Below, piece after piece: positions 18,222-26,288 of a stretch of DNA of 54,457 bases. Below the pieces are notes generated by a model. The model was not told where the DNA came from. It saw only the letters and a program-made list of their open reading frames with translations, and did not search any database. The position numbers were made by a program, and so were the translations under genes. The DNA is taken from the UHGV virus genome UHGV-0096558, one strand, 5' to 3'. Within the stretch, counting starts at the first letter, position 1. The number at the start of each line of letters is the position of its first letter. The stretch is from a virus.

Positions 18222-18398
18222 TTACGCCACCGTTACATTGTCAACCTTAATGTAATATTCAGGGTTGTTTTCTATTTCAAATTTAAACTTAGAAAAACAT
18301 TCTCGCCATTCATGGGCTTGATTATTGAAGTAGTACACCGTATGGCGATCTATTTTGTACAAAATCCCCGTTGATCTAGCCATGTAATAACTAACCAT
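18222..18398 (-). CDS. hypothetical protein, 58 aa (MVSYYMARSTGILYKIDRHTVYYFNNQ...)
   Basis: Manual translation; start overlaps NinB stop (TAATG); ends 1 nt before next gene start. Confidence 0.45.
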   Translation of the reverse strand: MVSYYMARSTGILYKIDRHTVYYFNNQAHEWRECFSKFKFEIENNPEYYIKVDNVTVA

Positions 18399-18829
18399 TA
18401 TTGCCCCCAGCGTTTTATGAATTCCTCGTTTAATTTCGTATCACCCGACCATTGAACATCATGTTCAGCACCGAACGAGTAAATCAATTCGATTAGTTCG
18501 CTGAATTCTGATTTACTCATCCGGCTGGTAGACGTTCCCAATACAACGAAGCCGGATTTATCCAGGTTAGGGACGACGCCATATTTCTTAAGCCCGGCAG
18601 TGAATACCGCTTTCCAGTCTTCCGGCGACAGCTTCTTACCGTACCAATTAACCTGATCGCTAATGTCGGTTAACAGCGCCCAAAGCAACGCGTTTTGGCT
18701 TAGCGAGCGGGTTTTCTCCTGGATGGTAATTATCAGCGGGCTTTTGCTATCAGGCTGGATCTCTCTTATCTGCCTGATAGCGTTTTCTTTCACGGCGTCG
18801 TTGACTATCTCAAATCTAATTTGCCGCAT
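18398..18829 (-). CDS. ninB: NinB / Orf-family recombination mediator
   Basis: Similarity to lambda NinB (…EIQPDSKSPLIITIQEKTRSLSQNALLWALL…VVPNLDKSGFVVLGTSTSRMSKSEFSELIELI…). Confidence 0.85.
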   Translation of the reverse strand: MRQIRFEIVNDAVKENAIRQIREIQPDSKSPLIITIQEKTRSLSQNALLWALLTDISDQVNWYGKKLSPEDWKAVFTAGLKKYGVVPNLDKSGFVVLGTSTSRMSKSEFSELIELIYSFGAEHDVQWSGDTKLNEEFIKRWGQ

Positions 18830-19043
18830 TATTTCTTTTCGCCTTATTTTTCGCTTTGTATTCCTGCCAACTTTCCCAGCGCGCCTTTATAATTGCTTTA
18901 AGACTTATCAATCTTGAAGAAGTCATAAAAGCGCCTTTTAAATATTTCATATCAACCGTAACAGGTTTATCAGGATCACTGCCGCGCTTGTATTCCGCGA
19001 TCGTGCTTAAATCCTCCACGGTCAATTCTAAATCCTTGTTCAT
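18816..19043 (-). CDS. hypothetical protein, 75 aa
   Basis: ORF track; in operon. Confidence 0.5.
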   Translation of the reverse strand: MNKDLELTVEDLSTIAEYKRGSDPDKPVTVDMKYLKGAFMTSSRLISLKAIIKARWESWQEYKAKNKAKRNNAAN

Positions 19044-19052
19044 AATTCCCCC

Positions 19053-19259
19053 TTACACAATCCGCATTGTGTTTCGTAATTCACCGCGCAACGCCCGTAA
19101 TGCATCGCGCATTGGCACAAAAACCCGGTTAAATTTTACGTGTTTATATTTCCGCATCAGTGGCGGTGTATACACCTTTGCGTCGTATACTTCCCACGGA
19201 TAATAAACGCGCGTATCGTCAACAAACGTTTCAACTGAATAAAAGATTACCCGTCTCAT
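19053..19259 (-). CDS. hypothetical protein, 68 aa
   Basis: ORF track; in operon. Confidence 0.5.
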   Translation of the reverse strand: MRRVIFYSVETFVDDTRVYYPWEVYDAKVYTPPLMRKYKHVKFNRVFVPMRDALRALRGELRNTMRIV

Positions 19260-19849
19260 AATTCCAACCCCGTTTCACCGTTAAGTTTTTCGATCTCAAA
19301 TACTGGTTTATCCGGTAACAGGCCGTTATTTTTCCGGTATTCATTCAGGCGGCTGTCAAAATCAAACGCGAGATCATTAGCGTGACCGAAGCGCCCAGGT
19401 TTAAACAGTGAGTAAAAATTAAGGCCGTGCTTATTGGTGTCTATGCAAAGCGTTTCATCCAGTACCATTAAACGCAGCGTGCGCGACAGGTAATTCCACG
19501 GAATACCAGTTTCCGCGCTAATGTCACGCATACGCTTTTTAACGCTGTAGTCGCTAAATAACGCCGCCACACGATCGCGCCGTTGCGCATACAAATATTT
19601 AATTCGATACCCCAACAAGCGGCGGCGCGGTCCAAAATATGTATATACACGCTCAACAATACCAGTGTCGATTAAGTGTTTAATTGTCTCAGGTAAGCAT
19701 CCAGCTTCGTCATATTCCGCTGATAATCCTGTTTTCTGGCGTAACTGGTGCATTGTGTCGATGCCATCAAGTTCAAGGATATTGATAATTTTTGCTTCAA
19801 GTTCAATGCTCATTGTTTTTCGCCTCGTTTTAAGCACAAAAACAGCCAC
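19256..19849 (-). CDS. hypothetical protein, 185-197 aa (alternative start at 19812, MSIELEAKIINIL...)
   Basis: ORF track; downstream of helicase gene in same operon. Confidence 0.55.
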   Translation of the reverse strand: MAVFVLKTRRKTMSIELEAKIINILELDGIDTMHQLRQKTGLSAEYDEAGCLPETIKHLIDTGIVERVYTYFGPRRRLLGYRIKYLYAQRRDRVAALFSDYSVKKRMRDISAETGIPWNYLSRTLRLMVLDETLCIDTNKHGLNFYSLFKPGRFGHANDLAFDFDSRLNEYRKNNGLLPDKPVFEIEKLNGETGLEL

Positions 19850-19892
19850 CAGAAAGCGGTCAACTTTCCGGTAAGCCGTCTGCTCAAGTTAA

Positions 19893-21308
19893 TTAAAAGG
19901 ATGCGTTATTCTGGTTGTTTCGTTGGTTAAATCGACTTGTGCGATGATTCATAGACTGAATACATGCAGACGCTGCGCGGGCCTGGTCGCAAGGGAGGAT
20001 ATTGCCGTTGTCGTCAAATCGCTGGTAAACAGTCCCCGTTTTCCCGTGACGGTTTTTCGAAACAATGATCTCCATATATTCGCGGGCAACAGACTGTTCA
20101 TCATAGTACCCGTCGCGGTAGACCATGATGATCCGGTCCGCGTCTTGTTCAAGATTACCGGAATCGCGCAGATCAGAATTGTTCGGGCGCTTGTTCGGTC
20201 GTTCCTCAACGCGGCGGGATAATTGCGCCAGCGCCGCCACTGGCACGCGCAACTCTTTCGCCATCATTTTCAATGACCACGACAATTGCCCTACGGCGAG
20301 ATCATGACGTTCGGCCTTAGCCAGCTTCATTAACCCGATGTAGTCAATCATTACCATCCCCAGGTTAGGATGGTCCTGTTTCATCCGTTCGACGGTGGCG
20401 CGTATTTCCTCGACCGTTAACTGCGATGCGTCAACAATCCACACGTCGAGATCGGCAAGGGCACTCATTCCTTGTGCGACGTGCGCCCAACCTTCGTCAT
20501 CCAGTTTTACCGGATTACGTAGGCAATCCGTTGATAAGTTCCCAGCGCCAGCGATAGCACGTTCAGTCATCTGATCGAGCGACATTTCAAGCGTGAACAG
20601 CAAAACGCCGACCCGCTGACCTTCGCCGCCAGGGTATGGACGTTCAGCCGCCGCGCGGGCAATTGCCAACGCCAACGCCGATTTACCAGACCCCGGACGT
20701 CCGGCGATAAGCACCAGATCAGTAGCGTTAATGCCGCCTAACATTTCGTCGAGTGGGTCAATCCCTGTTTTGATGTTGTCAGAGTTCACGCCACACTCCA
20801 TGCGTTTACTTAACACTTCCGTGTATTCCTGGACCGCATCGCGCAACAGCACCGGGATAATTTGATCTTTTGTTACCTTTAATTTTGAATACCGGGAATC
20901 AAAATCTTTCATCGTCTCCCTGACGACTTCAAGCGTCCCTGTTTCCAGCTTGTAACGAATGTCTTCCATTAGTTCCAGCATTTGCCGCCGCTGGTGTTCT
21001 TCCTGTAGTAGTTGCGCATATCCTTTCAGGTTGGCAGCAGAAGGACACGATCGCGCCGTTTGCATCAGCGGTACAAAATTTTCGTTGCCAATCTCATCAC
21101 CAACCAGCAAGGCGTCGATAAGATTTCTGTTTCTGGCTTGCGCCCGGATAATTTCAAAAGCCCGCTTATATAGCGGAATAGTGAACACTTCAGGATCAAG
21201 CGTAGCGAGAACATCTTGCGCGTTAGGAGTAAGCCCACCTAACAGCAGGCCACCGATAACCGCTGATTCTCTTTCTTGCCGCAATGAGTTTACTTGTTCG
21301 GTTATCAT
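19893..21308 (-). CDS. replicative DNA helicase, DnaB-like
   Basis: Walker A GRPGSGKS, DnaB-type motifs, 471 aa. Confidence 0.9.
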   Translation of the reverse strand: MITEQVNSLRQERESAVIGGLLLGGLTPNAQDVLATLDPEVFTIPLYKRAFEIIRAQARNRNLIDALLVGDEIGNENFVPLMQTARSCPSAANLKGYAQLLQEEHQRRQMLELMEDIRYKLETGTLEVVRETMKDFDSRYSKLKVTKDQIIPVLLRDAVQEYTEVLSKRMECGVNSDNIKTGIDPLDEMLGGINATDLVLIAGRPGSGKSALALAIARAAAERPYPGGEGQRVGVLLFTLEMSLDQMTERAIAGAGNLSTDCLRNPVKLDDEGWAHVAQGMSALADLDVWIVDASQLTVEEIRATVERMKQDHPNLGMVMIDYIGLMKLAKAERHDLAVGQLSWSLKMMAKELRVPVAALAQLSRRVEERPNKRPNNSDLRDSGNLEQDADRIIMVYRDGYYDEQSVAREYMEIIVSKNRHGKTGTVYQRFDDNGNILPCDQARAASACIQSMNHRTSRFNQRNNQNNASF

Positions 21309-21326
21309 TATGGCATCGCCTCCGGT

Positions 21327-22469
21327 TTACAAAATGGAATATTCAGGGTAATAAACAAAGCGCCCGATTTCCCCATGATCAGGACTGTAAATTATTACCG
21401 CAGCCAGCCGCCGCGACCGCCAGCCGCCATTCGTTGAATAAGCGTCTTTGCCAGCTAACGTGCCGTGATACTCAACAACGCCTAACGATGATTCAATCAG
21501 CCGTTGGTGGTGCCAGTGTCCGCAATGGGCGTAAACCGCCGCCGACTTGCCGAAATCCTCCCTCCAGTCAGAGACGCAGGCAGACAACAAATTTTCTGGT
21601 TTTTTGATAGTATGACCGTGATGATAGGCAAGGAATGTTTTGCCGTACTGTGTGTGGTGGACGATAGCAGGGGACACGTCAACCGTCACACGCGGTTCAT
21701 CTTCGTAAAAAGCCGCCAGCGCCGCACGTAGCCAAATCATCCCTGATTGGTCGTGGTTGCCGGATAATACCTGGATCTCGACGTCCTTATGATTTAGCAA
21801 CATCTTTCCGACCGCCCGCCGGACCGAACGGATCGCCACGTAAACAAGTTTTGCGTAGCGTGAATCACAATCTAAGACGTGGTTGCTTGATGGCGTCACT
21901 GGTAATAGCCCGTCAGTGTGAAGAATATCACCGCCTAACAACAAAACAGCCTTTTCAGACATTGGCGCAGCGCCTACCGCGTAGTCGAAGAAGTCATTTA
22001 GCACGCGTTCAGCGATCCCGGTGTCGTAGCTCTCACCGCATTCAGCTTTATGAGCAAGCGCCCCGATATGCAGATCGAATACCGGATAAAGGGCCAGGCT
22101 TTTTTGAAAATCAATTTCCGGCACTGGCACGGCCTCCGCGCGGGGTATTTCTTCCGTGAAGGCGTCACAAGCAGATTGCATTAGCATTTCCATTTCATCG
22201 CGGTCACGGGCTGTTTTAATCCAGCGCATAATCACATTGCCATCCTTATCGACGAGCAATGACTCAGCATTGACGCCAAAACCCGGTGCGCGGCGCGTGG
22301 ATATCAAACCGCGTTTCGCCAACCGTGCGCCCAGGCGTTCGACGTTGCGTTTTGCCATGCCATATTTTTCTGCGATCTGTTTATACGTCAGACCGTTATT
22401 ATGTTCAGCGATTAACTGTTCATCGCTGATCTTTCTTTGACACATAATGTTATATCCTCCGGTATACAT
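21327..22469 (-). CDS. fusion protein: N-terminal helix-turn-helix plus C-terminal calcineurin-like metallophosphoesterase; in the helicase-loader position
   Basis: HTH-like LTYKQIAEKYGMAKRNVERL; phosphoesterase-like motifs VFDLHIGA, GGDILH, GNHD, HCGHWHH; preceded by motif TATACAAAATGTATA and RBS GGAGG. Confidence 0.65.
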   Translation of the reverse strand: MYTGGYNIMCQRKISDEQLIAEHNNGLTYKQIAEKYGMAKRNVERLGARLAKRGLISTRRAPGFGVNAESLLVDKDGNVIMRWIKTARDRDEMEMLMQSACDAFTEEIPRAEAVPVPEIDFQKSLALYPVFDLHIGALAHKAECGESYDTGIAERVLNDFFDYAVGAAPMSEKAVLLLGGDILHTDGLLPVTPSSNHVLDCDSRYAKLVYVAIRSVRRAVGKMLLNHKDVEIQVLSGNHDQSGMIWLRAALAAFYEDEPRVTVDVSPAIVHHTQYGKTFLAYHHGHTIKKPENLLSACVSDWREDFGKSAAVYAHCGHWHHQRLIESSLGVVEYHGTLAGKDAYSTNGGWRSRRLAAVIIYSPDHGEIGRFVYYPEYSIL

Positions 22470-22500
22470 TTTGTATATTCATTGACAGCAAACAATCTCT

Positions 22501-23016
22501 TTATATGCTTCTTCTACCATGTCGAATACTTCCGGCCTGTAATAGAAAAAACTCATTACTACCATCAAATTTTACAGGGAAGTTAATTTTATAATTGCTA
22601 AAAGCCTTATGCATCGTGCTTTCTAATTCATGGATATTTTCAGTTGGCCCTTCTAACGTTTTCACGATATGCAAATCAGGAATTCTAACACCTGCTTTAT
22701 GTGCGCTTTTTAATATTTCATTTCTTCGCTCGTTCTCCTTAACGCTTACACCAATTTTCATTTGTGTAGGCACTTCCAGATCGTCAGTCATGATGTAAAG
22801 TTTACCGCGCTCATGACGAAGAAAGCCGTATTTTGCGCATTTTGGACAGCCGTCGCCGCGCTTAAGGTTGTGGGGTGTACACATCCTTTTATGGCCACAA
22901 ACTCTGCAGCGGCATAATACTTTTGTTTTGCTATTAATAATTTTCCCCAGCACTTCAACATCAGGATTAACTTTCGCAATAGCGGCAACATGTTCCTCAT
23001 GTGTTAACTTACACAT
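22501..23016 (-). CDS. T5orf172 / GIY-YIG-like domain protein with N-terminal zinc ribbon (CRCRVCGH...CPKC)
   Basis: Cys4 cluster and ...LYIMTDD...KIGVS...ENERRNEI... pattern. Confidence 0.45.
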   Translation of the reverse strand: MCKLTHEEHVAAIAKVNPDVEVLGKIINSKTKVLCRCRVCGHKRMCTPHNLKRGDGCPKCAKYGFLRHERGKLYIMTDDLEVPTQMKIGVSVKENERRNEILKSAHKAGVRIPDLHIVKTLEGPTENIHELESTMHKAFSNYKINFPVKFDGSNEFFLLQAGSIRHGRRSI

Positions 23017-23156
23017 CGATCCAACTCCTTAAAACACCTCAGACGCGCTACAACGCAAAATTCCACCGCGTAACCCATTTGCACAGGTTGCAGTGTCTTA
23101 TTGCGTCAGAGGCGCTATCAGGTGGCTAATTTTCGATTTACAGACTGGTAGGTAGG

Positions 23157-23258
23157 TTATGGATTGACTAGAAGGAACAAACCGCCGAACAAGGCGACGT
23201 TAACTGCGATAGCCGCAGCGATGGCAAAAGCCAGGGCGAACATGCGTTTACCGTCCAT
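23157..23258 (-). CDS. possible small hydrophobic peptide, 33 aa (MDGKRMFALAFAIAAAIAVNVALFGGLFLLVNP)
   Basis: Manual translation; GAGAGG 9 nt upstream; single predicted TM helix. Confidence 0.3.
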   Translation of the reverse strand: MDGKRMFALAFAIAAAIAVNVALFGGLFLLVNP

Positions 23259-23391
23259 TTTAAAATCCTCTCTGAATAGTTCTCTGACGAGCTAATCGCA
23301 AAAAGGTAAGCAAGTGTAGCACCCAATGCGATTTAGCTCGCTGGTGAGATTGTTTTGTGGGTAATTTTGGATTTTTGCGGATCGTTGTTGG

Positions 23392-24390
23392 TCAAAGAGC
23401 GCCCGCGCGAGTATCACGTAGCGTTTTTGGTTTAAGCAGGAAATCAAGTGTCGCAGTGAAGCCATTGCCGAAGTAAAAATCTGAAGCCGTGTTTTTGAAC
23501 GTTTCGAAGTAGGCGACAAAGCCGTTAATGCTTTTGTCTTTCAGGTAGTCAGTGAACGCATAGATCTTGCGTTCAAGATCCCGATCCAGTTCGGCAGGTG
23601 GTAACAGGCCGTCAAACGTGCTGTTAAATGCTTCCACCACGTCGGCAGCGTTTACAGTAGATGATAGCTTGCGCCATTGTTCAGCATCAGCCAAATACCC
23701 ATCGAATTTAGTTACCCGGCAAATGTTAACAGGCTTAGGCACTCCACCACGGCTACGCCATTGCGTCAAAGCCCATTCGATTACTAATGTGATCTCATCC
23801 TCCGTGTATGCCTTACGTGTTTTTGTTTCTGTCAGTAGTTCGATAAATGGCTTAGCATCACGACATTTGCATCCTGCTTTTTCGTTGTAGAAGGCTAAGC
23901 AACGGTAAGCAGCCGCGCTTATCTGAAAGTCACCGTCCTGATTGACATGTTTTTCTCCCAGGGGGATATAAGGGGGTATATCTTTATTTAGATTCTCTTT
24001 ACTGGTTATATATGACTGATTAGGGTTGCTCTCTGCCACTACCCCAGGTTGCTTTGTGCCACTACCCTGGTTGCTCTCTGCCACTACCCCCGGTTGCTTT
24101 GTGCCACTACCTGACAGTGAAGGTAAAACGATTACATAGAAATTGCTCGTTTGTTCTTTCCCGCCGATTAAATAGCGAGGCTGTTTTAGTAACAAGCCTT
24201 TTTTGCAAAGCGCCTCAATTGCTCGCATTGCTGTACTTTTATTTATTTCGCATTGCTTCGCTATGTGCTGGTAAGAAGGGTAACACTCGCCGTTATCGTT
24301 AGCGTTATCAGCCAACTTTAACAGTACAAGTTTGTGCATTGGATTACCGACCTCAGTATGAAACACTTCGACCATTAGCCGCATACTCAT
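23392..24390 (-). CDS. replication initiator, lambda O-like (winged-helix N-terminus), contains iterons
   Basis: N-terminal HKLVLLKLADNANDNGECYPSYQHIAKQCEINKSTAMRAIEALCKKGLL; strong RBS AGGAGG; internal 22-bp direct repeats. Confidence 0.7.
   Translation of the reverse strand: MSMRLMVEVFHTEVGNPMHKLVLLKLADNANDNGECYPSYQHIAKQCEINKSTAMRAIEALCKKGLLLKQPRYLIGGKEQTSNFYVIVLPSLSGSGTKQPGVVAESNQGSGTKQPGVVAESNPNQSYITSKENLNKDIPPYIPLGEKHVNQDGDFQISAAAYRCLAFYNEKAGCKCRDAKPFIELLTETKTRKAYTEDEITLVIEWALTQWRSRGGVPKPVNICRVTKFDGYLADAEQWRKLSSTVNAADVVEAFNSTFDGLLPPAELDRDLERKIYAFTDYLKDKSINGFVAYFETFKNTASDFYFGNGFTATLDFLLKPKTLRDTRAGAL
24024..24113. repeat. four tandem 22-bp iteron-like repeats (GGTTGCTCTCTGCCACTACCCC / GGTTGCTTTGTGCCACTACCCT alternating) inside the initiator gene; candidate origin of replication
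   Basis: Read directly; encodes duplicated peptide SGSGTKQPGVVAESN. Confidence 0.6.
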
Positions 24391-24699
24391 AAATATTGGC
24401 CTCCTATGGTTAAAAATGAACGCGCGGGCGGGTATCCCATTAGCATTAGGTAGCAGTGATTGACCGCTTAACAGATCCCGCCGTTGCGTGATATTTGTTT
24501 TTCGCTTCGCAGCGACACCTAGTTTTTAAAGAGCATAAGGTATGCGCCTTTTTGTGCTATTCCGTTATCTTTTTTCTTGCGTCTTTGCAACTATGGCCTT
24601 ACCTTGTCTGCAAGTTTACAGAATGGCGTTTTTAGGTCAAGACTTGAAAAATACATTTTGTGACTTGTATCAAACTTTTTGAGGTTATAGGGTAGCGAC

Positions 24700-25347
24700 A
24701 TGAAAACAAAATGGTATGACTTAGCAAAGCAGCTCATGCGAGCGCAAGGTATGAGCCAAGATTCACTCGCGGATCTCATGGGGATAACTAAAGGCGGCCT
24801 GTCACACTGGCTTAACGGTCGCCGCGAGCCAAATCTTGAAGATATTGCGCGGATTATGCGGGCGCTTGGTCGTCGGCAATTCACTGTTACACATGATGGA
24901 ATGGTCATTGATGATTCTGTTTCTAACACGTTACCGGGAGCGCCGCAGCGTGATTTAGGTAGTTACCCGGTTGTTGACTGGAAGGACACAGTAAACAATA
25001 TGGATGATACAAGGCTATCAACATTACCACACGTTACGACTAGCGTTATTTGTTCAGATGATAGTTACTGGCTGGTTGCCAAAGGTGAATCAATGAACGC
25101 GCCGCAGGGGTTGAGCATCCCGGCGGGGACGATGATACTTGTTGACCCGCACGCGCCAGCTATTGACGGCAAACTGGTTATAGCCCAGCTTGAGGAAGGG
25201 CAGATACCGACGTTTAAACAGTTGATTATTGATGGAGGTCAAAGGCTTTTACGTTCGCTCAATCCGCTGTATCCGCCAATCCCTATGAATCCAGAATCAA
25301 AAATTATAGGCGTGGTGGTTGATGCGAAGATCGTAAACCTGCCATAA
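24700..25347 (+). CDS. cI: CI-like repressor (HTH plus S24 LexA-type autopeptidase domain)
   Basis: N-terminal HTH (SQDSLADLMGITKGGLSHWLNG); C-terminal ...LVAKGESM... and ...VVVDAKIVNL; divergent from replication operon. Confidence 0.85.
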   Translation: MKTKWYDLAKQLMRAQGMSQDSLADLMGITKGGLSHWLNGRREPNLEDIARIMRALGRRQFTVTHDGMVIDDSVSNTLPGAPQRDLGSYPVVDWKDTVNNMDDTRLSTLPHVTTSVICSDDSYWLVAKGESMNAPQGLSIPAGTMILVDPHAPAIDGKLVIAQLEEGQIPTFKQLIIDGGQRLLRSLNPLYPPIPMNPESKIIGVVVDAKIVNLP

Positions 25348-25352
25348 ACATT

Positions 25353-25378
25353 AGCCGCCGGATGGCGGCTTTACTTTG
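25353..25378 (+). terminator. terminator-like hairpin (AGCCGCC / GGCGGCT) after repressor gene, weak T-run
   Basis: Read directly. Confidence 0.4.
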
Positions 25379-25457
25379 CCCGGGAAACACCAAAACGTAA
25401 ACATAAAACGCCATTTATTGTTTAAATATCAATAATATATAAAATATTTTAAAAAAG

Positions 25458-25499
25458 TATACAAAATGGATTGACTCGGTGTTTTACGGGGCGTATATT
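25458..25499 (+). promoter_or_regulatory. candidate early promoter: motif TATACAAAATGGA then TTGACT (25471-25476), 17-nt spacer, TATATT (25494-25499); AT-rich upstream
   Basis: Near-consensus sigma-70 hexamers with 17-bp spacing. Confidence 0.5.
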
Positions 25500-25754
25500 G
25501 CGAGTCAAAGGAAGGTCGCAGGTAACAAAAAGCAACTTCCTGGCACTTTAAAAATCAGGCTTAACACCTTGTCAACCGTGGAGTAACTCCCCGATGGGGG
25601 ACCGAAAGCGGCACTGATAACAAGGCGCATGGGGTGTTTAAAGCGTTACATCCCCCACGAAACCGCACGCAAGGCGACGAGTCAGCTTGCTTGGAGTGAG
25701 CAAGGTCACGCTGGGAACGGCGATGATTGCGGGATTAGTTGAAAGATGTTAAGC

Positions 25755-25792
25755 CGCTCATTAACAATCTGGTCAGCCGCTGGAAGTGCGGC
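25755..25792 (+). promoter_or_regulatory. candidate nut-like site: boxA-like CGCTCATTAA (25755-25764) and boxB-like hairpin GCCGC-TGGAAGT-GCGGC (25776-25792)
   Basis: Inference from lambda nut architecture; lies in about 340-nt leader upstream of an arginine-rich small protein. Confidence 0.25.
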
Positions 25793-25847
25793 AATTAACG
25801 AAGATGATTTTTATTAAGTTTCATCAAGGATATACGGAGATCAGATT

Positions 25848-26138
25848 ATGAGCGTTACAATTATGTATGGCAAATGTGACAGTAAACTGAATGCCAGGGA
25901 ACGCAGAAGGATAAAAAGAGAAAACGAAAGAAAATCATCACCTGCAATCAATAAAACAGACAATGTGGATAAAGCTATTCGATTTGCAAACGAGGAAAGA
26001 TGCAAACCAAATAGCATTAAAGAACGTCGCAAAGGATCAGTAAAATGGTATACGGAAAATGAAAGCGGCAGCTACTACCACGCAACGCAACCACGCCATT
26101 TAGGGGAAAAACCCCTGGATAAAGTCCGCTACCATTAA
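25848..26138 (+). CDS. basic protein with N-terminal arginine-rich motif (RERRRIKRENERK); possible N-like antiterminator
   Basis: ORF track; first gene after long leader; arginine-rich motif reminiscent of lambda N. Confidence 0.5.
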   Translation: MSVTIMYGKCDSKLNARERRRIKRENERKSSPAINKTDNVDKAIRFANEERCKPNSIKERRKGSVKWYTENESGSYYHATQPRHLGEKPLDKVRYH

Positions 26139-26168
26139 TACAAAATGTAAACATTCGGAGGTGACATT

Positions 26169-26288
26169 ATGGTTATTCGGGCGCTTCAATTCAAACTGGC
26201 AGTAGCGGAAATGCTTCACGATGCCGAAATGTGGAGCGCCGCGAATAAAGCCTTATACATAGTGTTAACAGCACGGGAGATTAAATAG
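26169..26288 (+). CDS. small ORF, 39 aa
   Basis: Preceded by ATACAAAATGTAAAC and RBS GGAGG; stop overlaps Erf GTG start. Confidence 0.4.
   Translation: MVIRALQFKLAVAEMLHDAEMWSAANKALYIVLTAREIK

Noticed and set aside
21329-21340. Copy of TTTACAAAATGGA between the DnaB-like start and upstream gene
   Set aside because: Falls in the last codons and stop of the upstream CDS, so counted as coding coincidence rather than a regulatory site.
24591-24929. 112-aa minus-strand ORF overlapping the start of the repressor gene; considered as a Cro candidate
   Set aside because: Mostly antisense to the repressor HTH region, no RBS, implausible composition. No convincing Cro-sized ORF found.
25381-25847. 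Searched the long non-coding leader, and other gaps (15857-16182, 23017-23391, 42550-42886), for tRNA or tmRNA genes
   Set aside because: No T-loop consensus (GGTTCGAAT-like) or cloverleaf-compatible sequence recognised by eye; a dedicated tRNA scan would be needed to exclude one.
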